Shown here piece after piece: positions 28,379 through 41,335 of a DNA stretch of 64,000 nucleotides. The stretch lies in contig CBFFRP010000352.1 in NCBI GenBank assembly GCA_965644295.1, positions 62,001 to 126,000 on the forward strand, in the 5' to 3' direction. A program made the position numbers and the translations under genes. The stretch comes from Paraphysomonas bandaiensis. Lineage: Eukaryota > Protista > Chrysophyceae. The stretch's first letter is position 1. Every line of letters starts with the position of its first letter. The notes below the pieces were generated by a model, which saw only the letters and a program-made list of their open reading frames with translations, was not told the origin of the DNA and searched no databases.

Positions 28379-29003
28379 TTAGCTGCCCATCCAACCCCCA
28401 CCCGGATCTACCTAAGTACCCGCTCAGAATGGAGCAAGCATAGGATGTTGACTAAACGGTTTGAATGCAGCGTATTGACATCTGATTACATGTTGAGATG
28501 AACTTCAAACGACTTTGTGTTTGAATTGTCCTGCTTTTACTGTTGTGTTTTCAGTATATAGTAGTGATACAGTACTAAGTGTCCAAGTGAGTGAAATACT
28601 AAGTGTATTGAGAGCACGGAGTACCAATCCTCCCAAACATGAAGCTTGGAATTTTCAAAATTAATTCTATGATGTGCTATCAACTGACAAAGTTGACCGA
28701 GACAGTTAGCAAGAGTACCAAGAGCTCAATTCCTCAACACATTACCAACTATTGAATAGAGTAAAATATATAATATAACATATACTACAAATTACATACT
28801 GTTACTTTTTAATTTTAAAAGTTGTCCCGTTAGCTGCATGCAATCTTAAGCAACGACGTGAAAAGATAGAATACATTTACAGTACAAGACATTGTCGCGC
28901 TCATTAGTGTGATATATAGAATTAAAACAAAAATATATTCGTTGATGATGACAAAATCTACTACGTACGACTTATTATAAAAGTCAGGTATGAAACAATA
29001 AAA

Positions 29004-30499
29004 TCATATGTGCATATTAAGAATATACTTGTACACTGACAGTTCATCACGTTGTTCCAGCCCTTGACGCCCAGCCGCAACAAGCACTTTTTTGGCCTCC
29101 TCGTAATTCCTCTCATTAACGTACTTGTTGATAAGACTTATATGTGCCCTCAAGTGGAGCCTAACATACATCGTAAACAATATGTTTGTTACTCACAACA
29201 GACTTTAACAAGTGCAAACGCTATACCTATTCAATATAGTTGCCCTTCTCAAATACTTTTCGCCCAATGCATGATCACCATTTTCTACTAATAGTTTTCC
29301 TAATAAATAAAAAGATGCAAAATCATTTTCACGTCTCACTGCATTGTTTAGGTGTTCCAAAGCGTCCGGGATATCGCCATTCTCTATGCTCCTCTGTCCG
29401 AAATGCATATGAAAATAACTTAATGCGCTTAGTTCAGGCGAATCAGCATATTGCTGAAGTGACAGACTATAAACAGTATCATGATGTATACTGGAATTAT
29501 CACATTGTTGTGTTGGCTGTGTAAGGCAATCAAAATTGTTTAGCAGGATTTGTATGGACGATGGACTACTATGGGAAGGTGGCAATGGTATATACGCTCT
29601 GTACCAGCCCTCCGGAATGTAAATGACATAACCTTCTTCCTGAATTATTTCGATTGGCCGCTCACTGAGAGAGAGGTCTGGATACACAGTATCCAGCCAA
29701 TTTTGCAATGGCAAGTCAGGATCAAATGGTGGCACTGTCCCTTAAACACATACAATTATCTAATTTCACACATAACATGAGAGTAAGTCGCTACCTGGTC
29801 TGTATAAAAACCTGAAACGTTAAAAATTATTATCATATAGACGTGACCGAGTCCCACTTACCATTTTCTACGTCCATACAAAAGATGTTCCCACCCTTGC
29901 GGGCGCCGAGAAAACGTTGGCGTATGAGAAATTCCTAACCTAGTCTTCGATAACGCAAAGTACACATGAGTCGAGTCAATGGCGACTTCTGATGCAACAG
30001 TTTTATTCGAATTATATAAAATAGGAGGACCAATAGAGATATCACGAGATAGTAATAAAAAATTACCGACAGCTCTGGATAGCGATATGGTTGCGTTGTC
30101 GTCTGCAACAAATTCCAAATTGCTGATGTCATCCGAAAGGGACAGAGTATTTATTGAACTATTCCAACAATATTCAGTCTCGTTTGGAACTCCTTGTATT
30201 AGAAGATCATACCCATCATATGGAAACATGACAGGGGAGTGTTGACGATAAAAGTTGTTAAACATACCAGAGTCCAAATCAGTTTTCAAATATGGGGACA
30301 CATCTTTTCGTTCAGATAGCAAAAAAGAGAAGAAAGGTTTCACAGCATAAGAGCCAACTGATATGAGAAGTTTCACAATAACCAGTGACAGTACAAAAGT
30401 GACTGCAGCAACAGCAGATATCGCATACAACAGTGACTTGAATTCTTTCTTCTTTCGGCGCTCTCTATTCGCCGCTTTAGTTTTTAGTGTTCGAGTCAT
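29004..30499 (-). CDS. Membrane-anchored JmjC/cupin-like (JMJD8-type) protein with C-terminal TPRs
   Basis: N-terminal TM helix; GWEHLLYGRRKW|FLYRP...WLDTVYP...IIQEEGYVIYIPEGWYRA is JmjC-fold-like; TPR-like C-terminus (ALEHLNNAV...YLLGKLL...GEKYLRRA). Confidence 0.7.
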
Positions 30500-30975
30500 C
30501 TAATTAAAAGAAGTGCAAGTTACATTGCTAAATTAATTTCCACTTGCTACTGTTCTCTTGAGGACTCTGATGTGGGTGTGTTGTATTGGAAGATATACGA
30601 TAGCGGTTGCTATGATGGAGTATCGAGGTATGTTGCTACATCTACACGATATACAGTATATCCACTGTCTATGTACCTCTAGACCGCACATATTTTCTCT
30701 GCAGACGTACGCTGGTACAGCTATGTACAGCAGTGTGCTCTTCCTACAGTACATATGTACAAAAGTTGGGGATTTTCATGACAATATTTTGGACATTTTT
30801 TATGTTCTAGGCAGACGAATGTTGTTATGCACCGCTGGCTGGTGCGGTATGTTCATATGATGTGATGCATGTTGTTCCAAGTTGCCAATAAGCGCGGGCC
30901 ATCTATTCTGGGTAATCCCATACATATCACTTGTAGTCTATCGAATCAAGCTCAAGGAACTGTAGAGTAGTTTGC

Positions 30976-32248
30976 ATGTTGAGTGTAAGTGAGGTAGTGT
31001 TAGGGGTTATAGTGTTCGCTCTTGGTGCAGTTGTTGGTGGCTTTATATCATACTTGCAATCATTTCAAATATCTTCCGCAAGAGCTGACCAAGCCGATGA
31101 ACGAAGACGAAGATGTAAAGCGCTTATATTTCCTGTACCAACAGACATTGAGCATATCCGGCAATGGACTCCCAATTCACGCGGCATGCTGCTCTTTCGT
31201 CAACAGTTTATTCCTCATGGAGTAATACGAGGTGTTATCGGCATATGCCACGGATTTGGAGACCACTCTCAAGATTTTTTGACTGAACTTGCGGTAAAGT
31301 TTTGCCGGAATGGATTTGCTGTTATCACTATGGATGTTGAGGGTCATGGGTGCGTATTATATAAACTGTTTTGTCTTCACATTGCTAAGCCAACGATGTA
31401 GGTTGTCTGATGGATTACACGGGCACATATCAAAACTCAGTGATGTTGTTGAAGATGTATCTGAATATTTTTTATTCGAAACTTCCAAAGAAAAATTTCG
31501 AACGAAACCCTTTTTCATATATGGAGAATCCATGGGAGGTGCAGTAGCGTTTAATCTTTGTACAGTTTCACCTGCGCGCAATATTATTCGAGGCGTTATA
31601 TTGGTCGCGCCCATGGTTGATGTTGCCGATGAAATGAAGCTTCCTGAATTTGTCATTTCGGTTTTGAAAATAATGGCATATTACATTCCGCTTGCAGCTA
31701 TTACCCCTGTTCCAGATATAATTGATAGGTGCTATAAGGACCCTGCTACTAGAATAAGATCCAGATCAGATGTTCTTTCTTACCAGGCTCTTCCTAGGCT
31801 TGGTACTGCGTTAGCTATGTTGCTAGCTACCCAAGACATGGCGAAACGGTTGCATGAGCTCGAAACCCCTGTGTTAATTGTACATGGAGACGCAGATGTA
31901 GTGACATGCCCGAAAGTGTCGACCGCCCTTTTTGACAATTGCCAGGTGAGGTGATATAGGATTACCACTTTTGTACTTTGCCACTCATATGAAAGTGCTT
32001 TACACTGCCCCGTGTAACACACGGCTCTCCCTAAGTCACGTGTGCTGTGAGGATGATTGTTGTCTAATTCGTATGTTTAGAGTTCTGACAAATCTATTAA
32101 AATTTACCCTGACTGCTGGCATGGTTTAATGAGAGGGGAGTATGAACCGATCGCTTCAGAGATATTTCAGGATGTGCTACAGTGGCTTTTGGGCAGAACA
32201 GATACCTATCGATGGCAAAGCCCGAGAAAATGCAGGTCTAGGCCATAG
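30976..32248 (+). CDS. Alpha/beta hydrolase, monoacylglycerol lipase / caffeoyl-shikimate esterase-like
   Basis: ICHGFGDH, DVEGHG|LSDG, nucleophile GESMGG, LIVHGDADVV and IYPDCWHGL (Ser-Asp-His triad); N-terminal TM. 3 exons, last one 32081-32248. Confidence 0.9.
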
Positions 32249-32725
32249 CTCATGACTTTCGCTTTGAAATGATTTTCTTCTCGATTGCCTGTTGTAAAGT
32301 AGTTGAAGTGTGTTGAGTCCATAACCCAAAGGTCGGTAAATCGTAACTACCAGCCTTTACCAAGTTAAGGAACAAAGTACTTCTCGTAGTGAGTAATTAT
32401 GATTAGTAATTATATATAACTCAATATAATACTTTGTATAATATGAATAGTAGTGAATGCAAGTAGCAATTCTAGCCATTCGTAGAGCTATAAGTAGTAC
32501 GTAATACGTCATGATAAAACATTTCATATGTAATAAGTAAAACGAAAATTCATAATTCTACTAAAGTGAATTATAGAGTGACTTTGATTTTGCAATAAAG
32601 GCTACTGTATATTAGAATCATTGGTAATATGTAATAAGTATGGTATTTGTATATATTATATATGCAACACGTAACTCTCAAGGTTGAGCGCCGTAAACTA
32701 TTAATTAGTGATTAGCTTACTTCAT

Positions 32726-32840
32726 TTACTTTGAGCGATAGAGCGAAAGTGGTTGCACCTTTGTTCTTGCGGTGACGCACTACGAAGCAGCTTTCGTAGC
32801 GTTAAATAGTAGGATATCAGAAATAAGCACTAGATAGTTA
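32726..32840 (+). repeat. Dispersed A/B repeat family, short fragment spanning the fused B/A junction
   Basis: TTTGAGCGATAGAGCGAAAGTGGTTGCACCTTTGTTCTTGCGGTGACGCAC...GTAGCGTTAAATAGTAGGATATCAG matches the reverse complement of about 37289-37374. Confidence 0.75.
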
Positions 32841-32969
32841 AAGCGAAAACATGAGTTACACTTTCAGGAAACCAACTGTAACTCTTTCACTTATCATTTC
32901 GAAGAAATGTTTTATTACAAAACTTTATCCAAACCTAATTTCAAAATACATAATCATGTTTTAGTATGG

Positions 32970-35260
32970 CTATTTTCTTCGGCGTGTTGATTTCCGTGAA
33001 GCATTTCTATTATTCCGTAACGAGGTATTATCAAACAACTTGAAAAACAGACCAATATTTTCAATCGCATCATCATTCGTGACCTCATATGATTGACTCG
33101 AACAGCTAGCAAATGACAAAGAGCTCCAAGGTATCCATATCGCAGACAAAGAGGAAGAATATGGTGTAACTTTATCTACTACCGGAGGACGAAACACAAT
33201 AGATACTGCTGACACATCTTTAACATCTTCTTCATAGTTACCACGGTCGTCAACAGCGTGGAATGTCTCTGGAAAATCAGTCTCCTTCTTTAAGCTAGAA
33301 CTTTCTTCATAAACTCTTGATGCCGTCACACACCAAACATGACTAGATGACATCAGTTCAAAGTGAGTTTCACCCTGCCGTAGAGTAGCACGCGACACCA
33401 ATGCTGAATCTTCTCCGATCCAATATATATCGAGCTTCCACATTTCACTGAAATTCGCAAAGTGCATCGAATGACTGTGTGACGGGGATCCCCATCCACC
33501 CTATTCAATACCATTAGTGGTTTACACTTTCTGATTTATATATATACCCGTGACGACATCAGTTCCTCCGGCAGACAAACTAAGACTCTGTGACTAGTAA
33601 TATCTTCTTCGTCTAACGCAGTTGCATATTCCCATGCAGGTTTCGAAGAATCCTGAGGACAATCCACATTACTCGATGCTAGAGATCCTGCGTCACCGTC
33701 TTCCGATTTATCAGCTTCAGTTGTCTGTACAGGTACAACTTCCTCAACAACTTTCGGGGGAGGGTCTTGTCCAGAGCCAATGGCACTAAAAAATTCTACA
33801 GAGTCATGAACGATTGCAGTGTGGCGTCGAGGGTCAGCAACGAGCGTAATACCCTCATCATCAATGGAAGAGCTTGCTTGAGAATCAAACCCTTCAATTA
33901 TTTGCTGGTCAAACCCTAAATCGGGCATTTTTGAATCCAAACCAGGATCCGTGTCCACAATCTCAGGTTGCTTTGATTCAATGTTCGAATTAGGGTTTAC
34001 GGACGCTGTAGCAGTTTCAGAATCCTCCTCTAAAAGTGGTTCATCTATTTTCGAAGGAAGAGACACGTCATGTTGATGCTCATCATCAGCTTCGTTAAAA
34101 ACATTCGAAAATATTTTGGACATCTTCCGGCTTTTTTGATTGAACTTGATAATTTCATCAATAGTTAGTCTTGCACCTCTGTACGCAGCGGCCTGGAGTA
34201 ATATCGTGAAATCCGTAAATGCATTTCATGAATTAAAACCTGTATAACAATGAATTCTTGTCCACTTTTAGCGCACTCTTGAGCTGCAATGAGGGCACGT
34301 TCAAACTCGGCAATTGTTCTGAATATTCATTAAAACGGTAATACAATTCTAACATATCCTACATCACTCTGGTTCCATTGACGGAAATTATTTCAGCTCC
34401 AGTTAGTGCATTTGAATAAAATGACGCTTGCGTCCCTTCAAAAACTCGAGAGCAAAAAAGCTGTAAATGTAACATGAATTGAGAAGAAATAATGCAATCA
34501 CAAGACCTTATTACTCTTGAGCTCAACTTCAATTCCAATACTGCCGGGGTGAAAATTGAAAAGCTTAAGTTCCTTGTGTAACATATTACACCAAAACATC
34601 AACTGTCTACAGTTGAATATACCTGTTTTAAGCTCATAACAACGGACAAACGACGAGATGTTGACATAAGCATTTCTAGTGTGGGATCCCCTTCACGAAT
34701 GTTTACAGCAACTCCTTGAACAGTTCTGCGGAAGAATTGAATCATTTGTTGAAAATTGTTGTAGCTTTACCTTGTATCACATGAATTCGGCAACATGCGC
34801 TGCTCCGAAACGCTAGAAGGGCCTTGATAGTACAAATGGACTGCTGTTGTACATCCATTGTAAAACTTTACTACAAGTCCGTTTTTCTGACTCTTCGTCG
34901 ACTGCTTTCTCATTTTACCGCTATCGCGTACTGTGTTAGCTAATGACATTTCTGGAGCTTGCGATGTTCCTCTATAAATAAGTTATGTTAGTGTCATACA
35001 CTACTTTCCATAGAAAAAAGTAACCTTTCGGCTACACAAAGTGGAGATGAGTCGCTGCTGTATACTTCTTTGTGATGACGTTGATTCGGAGGAAGAATAT
35101 CTTTGTCATAACTATAACTTCTCTTCGCCTCTTTACTGGGAGCAACTCTAACCTCATCTGTGTGTTTAGCAACCGCAAGCGAAGGTTTCCACTGAGATGG
35201 GTGATCTTCATACTTGTTGTCTAAGGCAAATGTTTTAAATGTAGGGAGTATGTTATCCAT
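32970..35260 (-). CDS. Hypothetical multi-exon protein with VHL-beta-like domain(s) and possible IQ motif
   Basis: Last exon MHFANFSEMWKLDIYWIGEDSALVSRATLRQGETHFELMSSSHVWCV resembles the VHL beta domain. A similar segment VKFYNGCTTAVHLYYQG lies at about 34800-34870. IVIQ|AAAYRG is IQ-like. Confidence 0.6.
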
Positions 35261-35930
35261 TGTTTCTTAGAGGTAATATCACACGGAATATACCATATTA
35301 CCGCCTTCAATTCTTTTATAGTACCTACAGTGAGTTCAACACTGACAATGACTAACAACACATCTAGACATGAAGCATTTGAAATCAACTAACAACGAAA
35401 ATGTATAACTTTACTTCATAAAAACTACATTCTACCGTATTATTATACGAACCTCAAACCGAAAATACATCAAAACCATGACTTTTCAAGCAGTATTCAA
35501 CATACAATAGAAAAGTACAGTTTTGTAGACAAATCCGGATATAGTGTACATCAGAAACATAATTCTGGAGTTGTGGGAAAAAAAAACAGATGGTATCGAA
35601 TGAGCGGTTTCACATTCTTTTTGGATAAGAAGGGCACTAAAATCAGTGCGAATGAGAGTGTGAGAGCGGAGTACACCACACTGTGAATTCATTACAACAG
35701 TGGGGAGTCACTGTATACTGTCTTCGATATCGACAAAGACCACAGGGGAGCTCATATCAGGTAAATTTAGGCCAACACGCAGTACATCGCACTATTCTGT
35801 TGGACGTACTGGTGGATTTTATCTTATCGGACTTACTGTTTCGTATTATAAGTTGTGTCGTTCTCTGTACATCAACTTTTCGGTTGAAAGTTTCAATTAA
35901 ATCAGTGATATATATTGAGGATAGTTTAAA

Positions 35931-36562
35931 ATGAGAGAGAAAGGATGGATGAAAAAGATGAAGAGTAGAGGTTTCGAAGACCACACTCGTCGGGTACAGT
36001 AAAAAACTCTGAGATCATTCTATATCTTATGTTCTTACAGATGCGAGAAATGAAACCGTTAGTTGATTGTGGCCCTCCACGGAAAGCTGGTGTGAGTAAG
36101 CGTAAGGAGATCGAAAGGGTAGGATTTCTGACATGTGTAATATCCTTGATAACTTAATGTGTTTAGCGTCGGCAATACGCTGCGATAGAGCTTGATAATC
36201 GCTTGATATTAGAAAGATTAGCCAAAGTAATGCAGCACAAAACTATTGATAATGATCCACCACCTTCAAAGTCCATTGGTCGGCAGCAGGCTAGGCGGCT
36301 TGAGTTGCAGCGCATAACACAGGAAAACCAGAGATTGTTGAAACGCATTCAAGAGACAGAACCTTGCTACAATCATCTGAAATGGGAAGAGGATGCCAAG
36401 AAACGAGCAGTCATAATGGCAAATATGTCTGAGTTTTCCGAAGCTAATATGAAAGTGCCGCTACCTACAGTTTCTCCGCTTAAGTCAAGATCTGCCAGCG
36501 GCCAATTGACGAAGAAGAATACCCTTGGAGCAAAGAATAGAGTAGAGCTAAGTCCTCTTTAA
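35931..36562 (+). CDS. CFAP97/KIAA1430 (hemingway) domain protein
   Basis: Spliced: MREKGW...HTRR|MREMKPLVDCGPP...|RRQYAAIELDNRLILERLAKVM...IDN...RRLELQRITQENQRLLKRIQETEPCYNHLKWEED. Confidence 0.8.
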
Positions 36563-37167
36563 TCTTTGACAAGGAGTTAAGTGTGTTGTAAAATAGTGTG
36601 TTTGTTCACGTGAATGAGATAAAGCTGATTGCATGATATGTTGCATACTCACATCTACTTGAGAACTGGTTACTGTCTAATACGATAAGTAATTGAATGG
36701 AAACGAAATATCTCTTCGACATATGATTACAGTGTTGTTATTATGGTGAGTTTTACATATCTCGTAAGTTCATGTTATGTAAAACATTTCGGCAGCAGAA
36801 AGTATAGTTTTCGGTGCTACGTCTATACGCTTCTAGCAATCTTCTTTGGTTATAATAAGAAAACTCTAGCGCAGTACTTCCCCTTGTCAGTAATATTGAT
36901 GTTGTTTAAGTGCAAGTATAATAATGTCTAGTATCTACAGAGTTGTCACAGATGCTAGGGGGACTAATGCTTTCCCGATTATAGAACATGATCGCGTGTT
37001 CTACATGATGTAATAGTATATTGTATATTATATTTTAGTATTGAGCTCCGAACACAACTAATGCTTCAAAACATATTACATACAGAATACAGAGCTTCTT
37101 TCTTCCCTCATATGTAATAATTTTCTAACTAAAGCAACATACCTATAGCATATAATATAATAATATT

Positions 37168-37746
37168 TATTTAAAGTCTTATCATTAGCAATAGGCGTTA
37201 AGAATCAGCACCAGTGTAGTAACTAGAAGAAAACTAGTCAAGCTAGATAGACGTCTACCTGTAACTAACAAGCTAACAAGTACAAACTCTGATATCCTAC
37301 TATTATTTAACGCTACGCAGTCTGTGCGTCGCCGCAAGGAACAAGGTGCAACCACCTCCGCTGTATCGCTCAAAGCAAACGCCCGTGAGCAAGCAGAATG
37401 TTGAAATACCAGACATCTGCTAACTTCAGTTTTTTGCGTCCTTAAGATGAACATACTTCAGCAGACAGCCCAATACCCCGGCTACCCTTCAGGTGGGCTC
37501 TGTCCGGATGCCCTTGAGGTGGGCTAATTCCCGGTGCCTGTTTATTCGTCAAGGCCCAAAGACGTCTACACAAGTGGCACTTATTAGTGTCCCTTGTACC
37601 ACACAAGCATTCGGCTATATGAGTGGGCAGAAGAATATCTGCTGACTATGTTTGCGGCTCACTTTAGTTTTCCGGAGAAATATTTCTGGTACTTATCCCC
37701 CAGAACACCACGAAAAGGTGCGAGTCCGGCTTTGTTGAGGGTATAG
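37168..37746 (-). mobile_element. Complete fused A+B non-autonomous copy of the dispersed family (about 580 bp)
   Basis: Runs from AAAGTCTTATCATTAGCAATAGGCGTT to GCTTTGTTGAGGGTA. Flanked by TATAATAATATT at 37156-37167 and 37747-37758 (possible 12-bp TSD, low complexity). Confidence 0.8.
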
Positions 37747-38683
37747 TATAATAATATTAGACGTAAAACTTAAGTGCCTCGAGATATAAAAATAAATTAT
37801 TCTTCATTCAATCGCAAGAGAGTGAATTTTGATACAGTATATTCATATAATAATTTCGACTACTTATGCTTCGGAATAGAATGCCTAATTCAACCTACAA
37901 ACTTTGAACAGAGACAATATCTAATTTAAGCTTGTTATTGGAAATCAGGACTATAGGAAAACTCGTCCTGAAATGTACATTTCTTTAACAGGGTGGTTTA
38001 ACACTACAAGGCACACACTCCAGCAATCTGCTTCACATCATTTGTCTTCGACATGTTGGAAATTCAGTTTGAAATTCGTTTTAGAATTTTATTTTAAGCC
38101 TACTATATAGTTCGTGGGAATGATGAAGCCTCGCTCTAATGGCATTAGTTGTCAAGTCGATGTTAATATTTCGCATGCAATTATAGCAGTGATATACCTA
38201 TCAAAACTCACCATATAATCAATTTAAAAGTGCACAAAGAAAATTCAGGTCAGAAATTCGCCAAGACATTTCTACAGTCTGATATATCATCTCTTAATAA
38301 GAAGTGGGGATATTTACACATTATGTGCTCCGAAGCGATGCAACATACCCTCGTACTGATTTTCTGATTACAATTGAACTGGAGCTTAGGGCTAATCGCT
38401 AACCTGTTGTGGATGATCATCATTCTTTGGTCCCACCTGGTGTACAGTAGATGTACACACTTGAACCACATTGTTTTTTTGCTACAAAATAGTAAACTGA
38501 AATATCTATGACCGCTGTAGATATTCTACCTGACATTCTCTCCCACACTGCTGCTCCGAAAAAATGAACCCAGATGGAAGTGTTGTTTATTTGAAAGGAT
38601 TGAGCACAGCGGCCTGGCTGGCATATTTATTATTAACCTTAGTAGGAGTTAGAAGTCAGTGTGGACATTTCTCAACAGCCACA

Positions 38684-39610
<927 letters not shown>

Positions 39611-40120
39611 TTCTGTTTCTGTGTCTGAGTGGGGCCATGTGATGACTCTCCCTAACATCAGCCTATTGTCTGTCTCACGACCAACATGTCACCATGAGTT
39701 GTAAAATTCCCTAGAGAGATACATATTTGAATTCTCTTGCATATTAGATAGTTGATACGGTGTCTTGTTTGGTTGATGAAATAGTACGGACGTAGCTCGT
39801 TGTCATAAGTTTGTTGTCACGTGCATTTTCTTTCGAACCTATTGACATTACCTGGTAATTTGATATAACAACCATCCATATTCGAAGTGTCATGAGTTTA
39901 TATAGTGTGAAAGTCTTATTATTAGCAATAGGCGTCAAGAATCAGCACAAGATAAGTAGCTCGATGAAAATAAGTTAAGCTAGATAACTTCTAAATAGTA
40001 GTTCAAATTCTCATATCCTACTATGTAACGATACGAAAGCAGCTTGTGCGTCGCCGCAAGCACCAAGGTGCGAGAGAGAAAATCTCTATGGACGTGAGTC
40101 CTTGAAGTGTAGATGGGCTC

Positions 40121-40440
40121 TGTTGGAATACGTATGGTTCTCTAAGATAGTACTGTAGAATACGTTAAATACAATGTGAAAAACAGTAATACGTAGTCAA
40201 TAGTCAAAGGTGCTATATAGCTATAACTGTGAAACTGAAGTATTATATCATGACGATTCAAGATACGGAAGTTGAGCAGTGGTTGACATGAACGAAATAA
40301 TTTATCATGTTGTTGACATGTGTTACATGACAACACACACAATTGTGTATACAATCATAATAAAGTAATCTATCTAGTTTGACTAACTTAAACTTCTCTT
40401 ACAACGATCTTAATCATCTGAAAATGGTCTTTAGTCAATA
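40121..40440 (+). repeat. 5' LTR (TGTTGG...TCAATA)
   Basis: Identical to 46601-46920 on line-by-line comparison. Confidence 0.97.
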
Positions 40441-40452
40441 TGGTAGCGAATG
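40441..40452 (+). promoter_or_regulatory. Primer-binding site, probably initiator tRNA-Met
   Basis: TGGTAGCG directly after the 5' LTR, complementary to a ...CGCUACCA tRNA 3' end (same start as the yeast Ty1 PBS). Confidence 0.75.
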
Positions 40453-41335
40453 CGGAGGAGAGAAGGAGGATAGAGCTGATGTTCCATGGTTCGACGAGAG
40501 CAACGTTGAACAATGGATCGAAGACTTTGAGACGTTCCTTATGAGAAAGGAGCAGAGTGAGGTGGCTCTAGAAAGGCCACCAGAGGAAGAGGATTTCGGA
40601 ATTCAACCCCTGAATAGTCTTGAGACCAAGTCCTACAAAGAAGCGGTGGACAAGTATTGGAAGGCGAATGCAATTGCTTACTCATACTGCAGAGAGGCGG
40701 TGAAGCGATCTCCGAAGGCGCTGCAGAAGTTTCATCTGAAGCACAAGGAGTTCAAGGCAGCTGAAGGAAGAGTTAATAAGTTCAGCGCCAGAGAGATGGT
40801 TAGCACTCTTAAATCGTGTTTTGAAGGGGGAACACAAAACAAGATTAGTGCTCTGCTTGCTCAGTTTGGATCATTCGAGATGAAGCCAGGGGAGACCGCG
40901 AAAGAGTATGTACTGCGTTTTGAGCTGCTTCTTCGTGAACTTCAGGCGCATAACCAAACGGTAACGGAAGAATCAAAAATTAGTAGGCTGAAGGAGGGAA
41001 TTATCAGTGATGAATATGACGGTTTGAATTATGCCCTGTATTTAATGCCCGATGATGTACCATATGAATTGCTATCCAAACGTATCGAACAGTTCGACGA
41101 CACCAAGTATGGGAGGAAAATCATAGAGAAGAAGCGCAAGAGCACGGAGGAGCTGAATCATATTGAAAAGCCTCGAAAGAAAGAGAGAGTATCTACAAAG
41201 AGGAAGTGCACTTATTGCTCGAAGAAAGGTATAATACACAATCATAATACAGAACAATGTAGGAAGAAAAAGGGGGAAACGAAGGGACAAAGACCGGGCA
41301 GTAAGGAATATACAGGATGCAGAGTATGCAAATCC

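Noticed and set aside
40142-40354. Identical 70-aa ORFs at 40142-40354 and 46622-46834
   Set aside because: Antisense frames within the two LTRs; duplication is explained by LTR identity.
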